Shown here in pieces: positions 29,253 to 41,715 of a DNA stretch of 64,000 bases. Position 1 is the stretch's first letter. Every line of letters begins with the position of its first letter. The translations under genes and the position numbers were made by a program. This stretch comes from Eledone cirrhosa (lineage: Eukaryota): contig OZ024743.1 of NCBI GenBank assembly GCA_964016885.1, forward strand, positions 365,552,001 to 365,616,000, read 5' to 3'. The notes beneath the pieces were generated by a model. That model was given only the letters and a program-made list of their open reading frames with translations. It ran no database searches and was not told the origin of the DNA.

Positions 29253-29261
29253 ACGCACATA

Positions 29262-29331
<70 letters not shown>

Positions 29332-29808
29332 GGAACATCGCTTCACGAACAATTTTTCCGAAAATAAAACGTACCAGTTCATGAACGGTGTCTCGAGTAA
29401 CTAATATGCAACCCAGCAAGAAAGGTTGGCAACAAGCTTGGAGTATCTGTGGGAAAGCATCACTTGCTGTCTACTTAGCTGGTGATATCTATCTGTTTTT
29501 CACACAGTCGCTCTCTCACTATATTTCTCTCAACTTTTCGTATGAAAAAGATTGCTTCGGTTGACAAATATTTCGGGTGACGAACAGCCTTCAGGAATGA
29601 ATTAAGGGAAACTGGGGTTCCACTAGTTCTTTCGTTACTTTGGTATTGTATGGTTGGGTTTGCCTGCCGCAATTTTCAATTTGTCAAGCTATTTAACCGT
29701 ATGTTATTACTCTAAGGACCTACTCTTATTGAGTGCTTTGCTACTCATTCCATATTGTAGGTCGACTTTGCTTGGCCACAGCCAAAGCTTCGATTTTACT
29801 AAGCTTCC

Positions 29809-29859
<51 letters not shown>

Positions 29860-29865
<6 letters not shown>

Positions 29866-30470
29866 ATACTTTGGGAGGGTCATGTTGCCAATAAGAAACA
29901 CACGCACCAGTTGCTTTCACTTCAATTTATTATAATAAATTTATAAATTTAGGAATTTATAAATTTCCGGTTGGTTGGTTGGTTCCACAACCAGATGGTT
30001 GTATATATATTGTCAAAGATCTTTCGTCACACATTCTGTGACCTCTTCAGTGACTTGGGATTCTTTTCTTTGTTTTTGTGCCTCTCCTTTGTTCTGTCCT
30101 ATGCCATCTTGTTTCTGTGTGTGTGCTGTGTGCTCAGTCTGCGCATGCGCCACATCCGGGTGTCTGTGTGTGTTTATATTCGTTTATTTATTTGTTTATT
30201 TACATGTTACTAGTTGGTTGTTTGTTCTATGTGCGTGTGTGTTTTCATTCTGTCCTTAATTGTAAGTTGTGATGTTGCTGTTCCACTCATGTTTTCTATT
30301 TAATTTTGGTTGGAGTTTATGTTTATTGCCTCTGTGATTTGTCTAAACATTGCGTCTTTTCTGTGTGTAGATTCTATTTTTATTTCTATGTTCTCTAATT
30401 TACCATTATGTTCTATTTTAGCATGTTGGTAGAGTACAGATGATTCTTTACTATCTTGAAGGTCTCGCCT
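29860..30470 (-). mobile_element. 3' fragment of a Neptune/Poseidon-type PLE (GIY-YIG C-terminus + pLTR with HHR)
   Basis: Minus strand encodes SVLYQHAKIEHNG...DAMFRQITEAINI...LNRKHEW. The downstream pLTR is homologous to 53909-54160 and 57505-57760. Flanked by (TA)n. Confidence 0.75.
30012..30054 (-). ncRNA. Minimal type I hammerhead ribozyme (43 nt)
   Basis: GTCA-CTGAAGA-gGTCACA gaatg TGTGAC-GAAA-GATC-TT-TGAC. The AAAGATCTTT palindrome would allow a dimeric stem III. Confidence 0.8.
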
Positions 30471-30479
30471 TTATATATA

Positions 30480-31700
30480 TATGTGGGGTGGTGTTAGGTT
30501 CGTATTTCTGTTCTCCTGAGAGCCAATTATGTATCCATCACATATCTTGAGCAAAAAGGACAAGAGATTTAATGACAGAATAAATAGTATCAGAGAGAGA
30601 CTGTCTCCTTGAAATATAACTTGAAATGTAATATACTATTTTATCAGTGAAAGTAACGTCCTTGTCTGTTTTTAACTATAGCCAAAGAAGAATATAGGTT
30701 CTCTATGGCTCTGATAATAATATCTAAAACTTTAGCAAGTCGGAGAGTCTCTATCATCCAAGAGTGGGGAACAAATGCTTTCCTTTAGACCAGCCAGACT
30801 GTAATCATATTTCTCCTAAGATGCCACACATCTTACATCACCTTTCTTCACAGATGAGTAAGCAGCTTATCTATGATGATATTATTGTGACAGTGATCTT
30901 GGAGAAATAGGTTCAGGCAGGCTGTATACATTTTATACATTAGGTTCTGACATACAATGAGTCAGTAGTTTTTTACCGAGTGGGCATCTTTGTTCTTGGG
31001 AACCAATATTGTTTATGATAATGTGACCCACCCTGGTATATGTACATCTCCTATGAGAGCTTGCTGGTAGAGGTTGATAAGATACATCCGACAAAATGCC
31101 AGTTTTTGTGTACCAATAGCCGACAATTATGTCGCTTCCTAGTGTTTTCTTATCTTGGAGTTTTCCTATCACAGTCTCAAGTATATCATCATTTATTCTG
31201 TATATTGTTGTAGTGAAGAAGCAGTCATTCTTTTGGATTTATTTTAGCCACTCTGCATCTTGGTTGAAATTCTTCTCTTCACCCCATATTTTTCGCCAGA
31301 AAGAATCTATGTTTTTCTGGGATGGGGCCTCAGTGACATTTGTTACTTTCCCCCTCATATCTCTATAGACTGTTATTTTGGTTTCGTCTGAATCTCTTTT
31401 ATTATTTTTCATTCAGTTACTCTTCTGGTATCGAAGTTTCTACTGACAGCTCCCAATTCTTGTTTGAGGGTGATCAGCTTTTATTGCAGAGTTCTAGTTC
31501 TACTGTCTCCAAACATCGTTTCTATTTTATTTTTCACTCTTTGTTGGTGAGGGGTGTAGTTTTTTGTTTTGTTTTTGTTTGCATGTAAGGAGCATTGTCA
31601 ACTATCCTATCGTTTTGGGTAGATCAGCAATCTTTTTTCTATTTTAGAAATATATGATGGTGTTTCGAGGGGTGGGATTGTTTTTGTTAACACCATAATA
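30480..31700 (-). mobile_element. Degraded RLE-clade (R4/Dong-like) LINE RT fragment
   Basis: Minus-strand remnants resembling (YR)PLPA/PITCL and WLV*RKAFVPHSWMIETL, with many stops and frameshifts. Confidence 0.55.
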
Positions 31701-31779
31701 ATGTTTTATTGCCGTTGCCAGAAACGCAACCGTCGGAGATAGTATTCATCTTAAATTTAATGAATAGTCTTCCACGCCA

Positions 31780-31810
<31 letters not shown>

Positions 31811-31891
31811 TGTATGTATGTATGTATGTATGTATGTATGTATGTATGTATGTATGTATGTGTGCATGTATGTATGTATGTACGTATGTCT

Positions 31892-32450
31892 CATGGTCGG
31901 GTCGTTGGCGACTAAACTGGCAACCCCACCAAGGTTTCTAGGTGAGGAGGGTGACTTTCGACATCCTGCAGGACTAAAAACAAAACCTGTCAAAGAGCAA
32001 AGGAGCTCTTAAGAGTCAATGGCCATCCAAAATCACCGGGAGAGATGACCCCTTAGCCTTTGTCAAGGCAGAATTCTAGGAGAAGGAAAACTCTGATATA
32101 ACACCTGCAACCCTGATGGTATCCAATGATGTTGACTTGTTCTTCTTTTTGGTAAATAACATCTTGGTTAAGAGAGTGGGACTGGCTTTGTGCAGTGCCT
32201 TTGCTCACTATAAAAGCTTCACGGCACAGGCATTGCTTTATATCTGGAGATCTCTCTGCACTTGTTGTCACATGGTACCATGGGCCCAGCACTATGTGTC
32301 AATAATTGTCACAAGTGTAGTGTTTGTACCAGAGTTTTCAAGTCGCTGGCTGGACTAAAAAGTGACACTCGTTCAGCGCATCGGTAGGGGTTCTCCTACA
32401 TGGATATAAAGTAGTGGCCGTACTCGAAAACGAGTTGGCAGCCACCATGT
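31892..32450 (+). mobile_element. Non-autonomous RTE-derived bipartite element embedded in (TATG)n
   Basis: Contains the RTE-type 5' block ctaggagaaggaaaactctgata and gcacaggcattgc. Its 3' end tggccgtactcgaaaacgagttggcagccaccat resembles the RTE tail at 46718-46752. Confidence 0.7.
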
Positions 32451-33296
32451 ACGTATGTATGTATGTTTATACCACCGTTGTTAGTAAACTTTGATCAAAT
32501 AAATACACGCTGTATCATATTAATTTTTTATTCATATTTTTAAGAATGCAATCAATATTAAATTAACATTTGAAAACTGTTCACAATTTGAATTATCATT
32601 GGCATTGTATATCCGTTGCATTGAAATAATTATTTATTGACTTTATATATGATTATTATATATGGATTATATTATATTATATCGATTTTAAATAAGGGAT
32701 AATTTGAAAAGGCGTAAAAACGTTAATATAGTAGGATGTGTCAAAGTGATTCTAGCAAGATGTCAAAATTCTGTTTCAGAAACAGTATGTCTGAATAATA
32801 TTACACTGTGGTTTTGTTAGTGTGCAGGAGAACAAGTGTAGGAAGCCAGGTGAAGTAAATACCTATAGTTTTTAAGTAAACGCGTACACACGCACACATA
32901 CACACACACCGCGCACACGCACACAAACACACGTATATATCTGTATATGCATATATATGTGTGTGTATATGATACATGCACACGCGCATACAGGCATACA
33001 TGCATATATACATGCGCAATGGCGGACTGGCCAGGTGGCCCACTTGCCATTGGGCAACCAGAGGGCCCAGAGTGACACTACAGGGGCCCACTGTAGTATT
33101 TTAGGGGCCAATGTTTTGCTTTCAAAAAATATCTTTTAAAAAATGTCTCAGAGAAAGAATTAAAATTTTTTTTAAATAAATAAACAAATTAGCAAAGAAT
33201 TTGGTCAAACAATTCCCTAGGGAATTAATAGAAACCAAAATATATGATAGTGCTAGCAGTTAGAGCCACTGGCTTACTGTATTCATACATATATGG

Positions 33297-33369
<73 letters not shown>

Positions 33370-33470
33370 AAGATAGACATAGAATATTCGAAAATATTCT
33401 GTATGTTTATAATAAACATTTTGAAGACCTAATCGCTATAGAATAGAATACGTCACGTATTACAATTAGA

Positions 33471-33557
33471 TTCTCGATAAAAGCAAGGGAAGTAACCTAC
33501 GCGTTTCATTCTTATTAGAAATCTTCAGGATTACATATCCAGTGCTTTTATCGAGAA
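33471..33557 (-). ncRNA. Type I hammerhead ribozyme with extended stem I (also at 33781, 34091, 34401, 34711)
   Basis: TTCTCGATAAAAGCA-ctggatat-GTAATC-CTGAAGA-tTTCT aata AGAAt-GAAA-CGCG-TA-GGTTAC-ttccct-TGCTTTTATCGAGAA. Confidence 0.88.
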
Positions 33558-34879
33558 TGACACAGCTAGAGACTTATAGAATACTTAGCTGTGTACAGGA
33601 ACTGGTTTGAAAGAGCGGTTGCCGGTCCGGCAGAAATTAGAAATTGGAATAAATGCTCTGAAATAGCGATATATATGTGAAGATAGACATAGAATATTCG
33701 AAAATATTCTGTATGTTTATAATAAACATTTTGAAGACCTAATCGCTATAGAATAGAATACGTCACGTATTACAATTAGATTCTCGATAAAAGCAAGGGA
33801 AGTAACCTACGCGTTTCATTCTTATTAGAAATCTTCAGGATTACATATCCAGTGCTTTTATCGAGAATGACACAGCTAGAGACTTATAGAATACTTAGCT
33901 GTGTACAGGAACTGGTTTGAAAGAGCGGTTGCCGGTCCGGCAGAAATTAGAAATTGGAATAAATGCTCTGAAATAGCGATATATATGTGAAGATAGACAT
34001 AGAATATTCGAAAATATTCTGTATGTTTATAATAAACATTTTGAAGACCTAATCGCTATAGAATAGAATACGTCACGTATTACAATTAGATTCTCGATAA
34101 AAGCAAGGGAAGTAACCTACGCGTTTCATTCTTATTAGAAATCTTCAGGATTACATATCCAGTGCTTTTATCGAGAATGACACAGCTAGAGACTTATAGA
34201 ATACTTAGCTGTGTACAGGAACTGGTTTGAAAGAGCGGTTGCCGGTCCGGCAGAAATTAGAAATTGGAATAAATGCTCTGAAATAGCGATATATATGTGA
34301 AGATAGACATAGAATATTCGAAAATATTCTGTATGTTTATAATAAACATTTTGAAGACCTAATCGCTATAGAATAGAATACGTCACGTATTACAATTAGA
34401 TTCTCGATAAAAGCAAGGGAAGTAACCTACGCGTTTCATTCTTATTAGAAATCTTCAGGATTACATATCCAGTGCTTTTATCGAGAATGACACAGCTAGA
34501 GACTTATAGAATACTTAGCTGTGTACAGGAACTGGTTTGAAAGAGCGGTTGCCGGTCCGGCAGAAATTAGAAATTGGAATAAATGCTCTGAAATAGCGAT
34601 ATATATGTGAAGATAGACATAGAATATTCGAAAATATTCTGTATGTTTATAATAAACATTTTGAAGACCTAATCGCTATAGAATAGAATACGTCACGTAT
34701 TACAATTAGATTCTCGATAAAAGCAAGGGAAGTAACCTACGCGTTTCATTCTTATTAGAAATCTTCAGGATTACATATCCAGTGCTTTTATCGAGAATGA
34801 CTTCTGCCGGACCGGCAACCGCTCTTTCAAACCAGTTCCTGTACACAGCTAAGTATTCTATAAGTCTCTAGCTGTGTCA

Positions 34880-34966
34880 TTCTCGATAAAAGCACTGGAT
34901 ATGTAATCCTGAAGATTTCTAATAAGAATGAAACGCGTAGGTTACTTCCCTTGCTTTTATCGAGAA
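34880..34966 (+). ncRNA. Same hammerhead ribozyme in the inverted monomer
   Basis: CTGAAGA 34909-34915, GAAA 34930-34933, CGCG-TA, stem I GTAATC/GGTTAC plus a 15-bp distal helix. Confidence 0.88.
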
Positions 34967-35098
34967 TCTAATTGTAATACGTGACGTATTCTATTCTATA
35001 GCGATTAGGTCTTCAAAATGTTTATTATAAACATACAGAATATTTTCGAATATTCTATGTCTATCTTCACATATATATCGCTATTTCAGAGCATTTAT

Positions 35099-35149
<51 letters not shown>

Positions 35150-35152
<3 letters not shown>

Positions 35153-35712
35153 TACGCGGCTCAGAAATATTCCTTTCTTTGAGCTATTTAATTGTAAAAG
35201 ACTATTTGAGTTTATAACTCTGTATATAATATTCTTGGCTCCATTTTTAGTCCCATTAAACCGGCTGCTATTTTTAGCGGCACGAGTATAGGACGAGCTA
35301 GGCGCTGTGACACATGTGCGTTCAACAACACATTTATCTCAGTTTTATTAAGTATTTTGAAGTAAAACTTACCAATTTCTAGATACCTACAGAAGAGAAC
35401 AGGAATAAGAACTTTCACTTAATTGTTGCGAAACAAATTTAAAATTTAAAATTTAAAATTTGTCCAAGTATCACGGCTATTACCAATATAGGTTTGTTTT
35501 TATTGATTTATTATTTTAAATCGAGACAGGCAAACCGTATTATTTTAATTAGTATTTTTCAATCTAGCTAACTTGGTCATTTGCAATGCGAACACATGTA
35601 TACTTGTATCAGTGTTTATCCCTATCATATATTCATTTGTATTACACGGTTCAGAAATATTCCTTTCTTTGAGGTATTTAATTGTAAAAGACTATTTGAG
35701 TTTATAACTCTA
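35150..35712 (+). mobile_element. ~490-bp unit with a ~70-bp terminal direct repeat (pLTR-like partial tandem); second copy at 52060-52568 (-)
   Basis: attac.cggctcagaaatattcc...tttataactct occurs at 35151 and 35641. The reverse-complement homologue at 52060-52568 is also terminally redundant. Both sit in (TA)n. Confidence 0.7.
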
Positions 35713-35754
35713 TATATAACACACACACACACACATATATATATATAAATATAT

Positions 35755-36036
35755 ATATTCTGCCAGAAGCCGAATATTTTTTATGTAAGCTGACGGTAAC
35801 TGATTTAGGAACCGCAGAAACCAAAAAGCTAGACTTTACCATCATTCATTTATATTATTATTATTTGTCTGACCCGAATTTTCCTGGTCGTTTTTTTCGG
35901 CTGTGCGAGTGATTTTAAGCATTGTCTCCGTGTGTTGGTATTTAAACGATAGTTATAGCTCTGGTTTATCCAAACTATTGAGCATTTCGAAGATTGTGTT
36001 TCGTTATTTCGTGGGCCGAAATTCCGATTCTCGATA

Positions 36037-36040
<4 letters not shown>
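35755..36040. repeat. Interspersed repeat; second copy at 56060-56400
   Basis: Shared aagccg.atattttttatgtaagctgacggtaactgatttagga...gggccga...tccgatt. Both flanked by (TA)n. Confidence 0.75.
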
Positions 36041-36076
<36 letters not shown>

Positions 36077-36078
<2 letters not shown>

Positions 36079-37143
36079 AAGGTGAATATAAAATGAAAGT
36101 GCTTTCATAAAGGAATTTATTAGGTATTGACATATGTTTCTGTAACAGACGGAATACCTATGTATCGCTGCTTGCATAACCATATAATGTTAGCAAGTAT
36201 TCGATAGCAAATGTATAATCAGTTGTCACTTCTTCAGAGATATTGGATAAATTGGAAAAAATCAGAAAAATTGAAGTATTTATATTAGTTGTAAGAAAGG
36301 AAGAAGCGAGGGGATAATATATGACAGATGGCAATTCAATTTACTGGTAAACAAGAATATGGAAGGTTTTTAATGAGAATACAATGAGTATATGGCTTAT
36401 TTTATCTAAATAAGAATTTTTGGGAGTGCCTATTTTAATCTATATTTGACCAATTGGACAGGGCTGGTCGTTTGGTGTAGTAGATATCTGTAATAGTAGT
36501 ATTAATACAGATATCTGTAAAACAGATATCTGTATTAATACTACTACACCAAACGACCAGCCTTGTCCATTGTTCAATTGGTCAAATATAGATTAAAATA
36601 GGCACTCCCAAAAATTCTTATTTAGATAAAATAAGCCATCTACTCATTGTATTCTCATTAGTAACCTTCTATATACTTGTTTACCAGTAAATTGAATTGC
36701 CATCTATCATATACTATCCCCTCTCTTCTTCCTTTCTTACAACTAATATAAATACTTCAATTTTTCTGATTTTTTTCAAATTTATCCAATATCTCTGAAG
36801 TGACAACTGATTATACATTTGCTATCGAATACTTGCTAACATTATATGACTACATTGGCAGTATCGGTAGAGTGTCGGACGCCATGCTTTCCAGCATAGT
36901 TACGTCCCTTTACGATCTGAGTTCAAATCCCGCCGAGGTTGACTTTGCCTTTCATCCTTACGGGGTCGATAAAATAAAGTACCAGTAATGCACTGGGTAA
37001 TTGCTGGCCTTGTGCCTAAAGTAGAAACAATTATATGACTACGCAAGCAGCGATGCATAGGTATTCCATCTGTTGCAGAAACATATGTCAATACCTAATA
37101 AATTCCTTTATGAAAGCACTTTCATTTTATATTCACCTTTTCT
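36077..37143. mobile_element. ~440-bp-arm fold-back element with a long-stem-II HHR-like core; right arm interrupted by a SINE
   Basis: Arms meet at acagatatctgt aaa acagatatctgt (~36520). Left arm minus strand: CTGAAGA...GAAA-CATATG-TC. Confidence 0.8.
36854..37029 (+). mobile_element. SINE copy with 13-bp TSD nested in the fold-back arm
   Basis: TSD attatatgactac at 36841-36853 and 37030-37042. Confidence 0.9.
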
Positions 37144-37254
37144 ACATTTTCTCCGGAATATAATTTATACTCGTTGAGCAAACCTACACGTACGCTGTTC
37201 ATCTCTAACGTGACGATATATTATCACTACATTATTGATAACTTGAAATTGTAA

Positions 37255-37408
37255 CCCAGTACATTACTGGTACTTTATTTTATCGACCCCGTACGGAGGA
37301 AAGGCAAAGTTAACCTCGGTGGGATTTGAACTCAGATCATAAAGGGACATAACTATGCTAGAAAGCATGGCGTCTGACCCTTTACTGATACTGCCAATTC
37401 ACCACCCT
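37255..37408 (-). mobile_element. SINE copy (family of 8202)
   Basis: Reverse complement of the head and core. Confidence 0.82.
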
Positions 37409-38126
37409 TTGAATAAATAATTTGAATAAATAATGAATTAATATTACATAATTTATCTACTAAATTTCGTGGCTGTTCATTAAATATATTTTGTTTATTT
37501 AAAGATTCACTTTTTTAACATTTCTGAAATGTCAACACTTCCGGTGGTGATCGCTTAAATAAACATACTGATTTTCACTAATTTTCTCCTAATGCAGTTT
37601 ATATATAATATCGTCTTTTTTGTGTATCATGGATTACGTTACTGATTACAGAAGACAGTGTAACAACGTCTTCGTTCAATTTCTGTTTATATTGTCAATT
37701 ACGATTTTATTTGATGTATCATATCAACATGTATATATACCTGCGTATAATATCAATATACACACTACGCATGCTAGCAGAAAACCACCCGAAGGGTGTG
37801 TTTTTTCTGCTAGTATATACAATTACACATACACACGAGCTGCTGGCCAAATAATTTTTGATATCAATGGGTTAAAGACTTATGTAAAATCAATTAGTGG
37901 TCAGTTCTTCAGTCTAAAGTCCCTAGGGCGAATGAATCAAATAATGATTGTACAAGTTGAAAACATGTATGTATACATATATATAAATCTATATATACAC
38001 ATGTACATGTACACACATACACACACTCCCATATATATATATTGGGTGAGTGTGAAAGACCAAAGGTCATTATTGAAAGTCTCTGGAGGTGTATACTCTT
38101 TATTCGAGAAGGTAAGACAATATACA

Positions 38127-38565
38127 ACTAGACCTGAAAAATGCGCAAGCTCAAAAGGCCACAGAATGTTATAATAAACCTTCAAAAGTGTGGGACTAGA
38201 GTTGTTGCTTTAAAATATTGTAATCATTATCTATCGTACACTCTGTGGCATCCTTTTATAAAAAGAGACTCATAACGAACTCAAGACGACACGATAATTA
38301 TTTAAGCTAATGTTCAATATCTCAGATTAGATGTTTAGTAATGATTAATACGAAATGCACTTAAACCGAATTCTATATTATAAATTCACTTAAATAATTA
38401 TCGTGTCGTCTTGAGTTCGTTATGAGTCTCTTTTTTATATGCCACAGAGTGTACGATAGATAATGATTACAATATTTTTGAGCAACAACTCTAGTCCAAC
38501 ACTTTTGAAGGTTTATTATAACATTCTGTGGCTCTTTTGAGCTTGCGCATTTTTCAGGTCTAGTT
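38127..38565. repeat. Inverted repeat, ~180-bp arms with an ~83-bp spacer
   Basis: 38127-38306 (aactagacctgaaaaatgcgc...ataattatttaag) is the reverse complement of 38389-38565. Confidence 0.85.
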
Positions 38566-41171
38566 TAATATTTTTTTAAATCAACGCTTGTAATAACTCT
38601 AGTTAAACATGATATATATATATTAATAATAAATTATCGTTGTAATGTAATTAGATTATATAATTGTTATTTTATAAATGATCTTATAAATATTATTGTA
38701 AGATGTATAAAAATATCTTCAGACTTTTAATATAAACAACTACAAAAAACAATCAATATTAAATAAATCTATTTTACATAATAATTGTTATAGTTGAATT
38801 AATAAAAATTAAATATTACATACACATAGTCTAACATAATAATAATAAAATAATCTAACATAATAATAATAAAATAATCTAACATAAAACGAACAATAAT
38901 ATGGACAAATATACAAGTAAATATGATACAATCAATATTATAAGCATGTTATAACGAACTGAAAACAAAAATAGTTAATATAAATTAAAAAAATCATATA
39001 TAAATTAACAATATAACTTACCAAAACGAGAAAAATATTTTGATGATAAACGACGAAATACAGGAGGAAGATTCGAAAGCGAAACGATAAATAAACGTGC
39101 AAACAAAGTGGCGGATACTTCTGAGCAACAATTACTCTCATTGGTTGATTAGCCAATAAGACAATGAAATTATCCAATAAGACGATACATTACAAAAGAT
39201 GTTTGGCAAGGATCACCACGGCCAGCGAAACCCCTTGAATGTTTTATTCACAAGCTACGCATATATGTCAGTCATGTCAGAACACGCAGGCTTAAAACAT
39301 TCTGTTGTTAGTCACTGCGTGCCTAACAGATACAGTATTCACAATTATTTAAAAATTCAATTATAACATTCCGATTGCAATGTTTTGTTTTCACTTTTGA
39401 AAATGTTATTTATTCATTATAAAAATTAGACTATATATGGGTGGGCCCCCTTTATCTCTTGCAACCAATATTTTTAGACTCAGCTACTGTACATACGTAT
39501 ATTGCCTGCTAATTACTCTTTACTTTTTACCCGTACCTGTAAATTGGCTGAGGCCATGCTGGAGCACCACCATTGAAATTGTTTCATTGAATTAGTTAAT
39601 TATTATATTTTTTCTCTCACAAATTAACCTCTTCAATAGAATTGAAACACTGTTTTTTTCTTTAGATACACCCACTAGAAATGTGGATCGGCTTGATCTT
39701 CGATCACCATCAGGTGTTATATTCTTGGATATGTAAGCAATACCGAACTCGGAGATTTTATGTATAAACTAAGGGTAGTAACGCTCCAATCCACTTAGCC
39801 TCTATTGCAAGAACTATCTCAAATCAAATGTCGGTAATTTATGGATTCTTACCTCATAGGTAGAATATGACAAGGCTGAATAATAAATATTTTCATTAAA
39901 CAGTAGAATTCAATGTACCCTATGTATGCCATGATAAACGATATGGTGCCAATCTTCAGTAATAAACTATCCAATCTGAAATATTTCACAGAAACAAGCC
40001 CGGTTGGTAGCTTTTCATATCCATATTCCTAGATATTGTTGTTCTACGATATAATTTGATAAGATCAGATCATATAAGAAGACCATGTCGGGGCTGTTTC
40101 TGCAAAGATTTACACGCAAAGAGAAATAGAAAGTGAGAATATTACTATTAGGGAAAAAAGCCATTCATCCCAAACATATTTACTTCATAAATGTTTAATC
40201 TAACGTTCAAAAATCAGTGCACAACTAGTTTAAATTTTGCTGAAATTACATTTGAATTTCACCCTTCCCGAATCGATATGTTCCATCAATGTATTTGTCT
40301 ATACATTTCACCTCCGAATTGTTTTTATTTGCCTTTCATCCTTACGGGGTCAATAAAATAAAGTACCAGTAATGTACTGGGTAATTTCTGGCCTTGTGCC
40401 AAAAAGTAGAAACAATTATTGGGCCAATGTAAAAGTTCCCTTTTGTTACCTTTTTTGTTTGTTTGTTTTTTATTTGTCTTTTGAAAAACGTCACTTAAGT
40501 GTTTGTTATAAATGGGGAAAATCACGCAAGTTTGATCGGCGAGGTATTATATAGTCTATTAACATCGACTCAAGTACATGTTTCGTATTTTGTGGTTTTG
40601 GGGACAGTCATCGAGTTATATAAACACTAATATCCAAGAAGGGACTCAGGAAAAGCAAAGATGTGGAACTGTAATTGCTGAAGAATTGATGTATTAGAAA
40701 TAACATTGAGCAGCTGTCAAAACATTATAGAAATATAGTGGTTGGACAAGGTTTGGATGGTGGTAATGAAAATTGTAGTGGGATTTGGTAGAAACTGGGT
40801 CAAAGTTAAACATATATGGGGCGATAGTTAGGAGATAATTGGGAATTAACTGATAGGGGTTGGATATTAGCTAATATCTAGAATGAAACGGATTTTAGAC
40901 AGATCATGGTTAAATATCATACGGAAGGATACAGTATCAATACCAACTATAAGACTTATAAAAATAAAACAATAAGACTTTCGTAATAGGTGCAGACATT
41001 GCTGTGTGGTTACGGGATTTGCTTCGCAATCGCATAGTTTCTAGTTTAATCACAGAATGTGGACCCCAAGAAAAGTGTTTTTACTCTAGCCGCAAGTTGA
41101 CCAATGTTTTGAGAGTGAAATTTCGTAGGTGAAAACTGTATGGAAGCACATTGATTATGTATATAAGCATG

Positions 41172-41205
<34 letters not shown>

Positions 41206-41292
41206 TGTATGTTTTCTCTTTCTCTTAATTTCGAGTATATTTTTTTGACCGGCCACCTTCCTGGTGGCAATGTTGTAAAAGAAAAGAAATTG

Positions 41293-41715
41293 TCATCCCT
41301 TGAATTGCAAGAATGTTTTGCAAATTTTGAAGGTGCCAGCTATCGCAGCCATTTGTAGACTATGAATTAGGGAGCTGCGCTTTTTGTCCGCAAATCCAAG
41401 TTCAGTCATACTTTGGTCCAAGCGGGTTGGTATATAACCCGTAGCTCCAATAATGATGGGTATGAAGCTAAAGGTGTATCTTGGATACTGGATTTGTAAA
41501 CTCCTCATCAATGGTCCGTAGATGTCCTCCTTCTCCTGTATTTTTCTGACAACGTTTACATCAAGTGGGCAGCTGATCTCCACAACAGAACACGTTTTCA
41601 ATGTGTGGTCCCAAACAACAATATCAGGCCGGTTGTGCTTTAATTTGGTGGCAGTTTTTATTTTCAGGTTCCACCAGTATTCCTTAGTGCCATCTGTCTC
41701 AATATATTCTTCCTC
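41293..41715 (-). mobile_element. 3' fragment of an R4/Dong-like LINE (restriction-like endonuclease)
   Basis: YWWNLKIKT...HNRPDIVVWD...CSVVEISCP...EKEDIY...IPIIIGATG matches the RLE PD-D/E motif. Flanked by (TATG)n. Confidence 0.85.

Larger units (their letters stand above)
33361..35104 (-). mobile_element. 310-bp HHR-bearing tandem array (4.6 units) plus inverted 303-bp monomer; retrozyme / non-autonomous PLE-like
   Basis: Units start at 33361, 33671, 33981, 34291 and 34601 (last partial, to 34801). 34802-35104 is the reverse complement. Copies look identical. (TA)n on both flanks, no ORF. Confidence 0.93.

Noticed and set aside
33421-33480. Second, opposite-polarity hammerhead in the 310-bp unit (TTGAAGA-cctaat...attaga)
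   Set aside because: Lacks C3, a properly placed GAAA and stem I; not supportable.
33361-34801. CRISPR-like array
   Set aside because: The units are fully identical with no variable spacers, the context is eukaryotic, and there are no cas genes.
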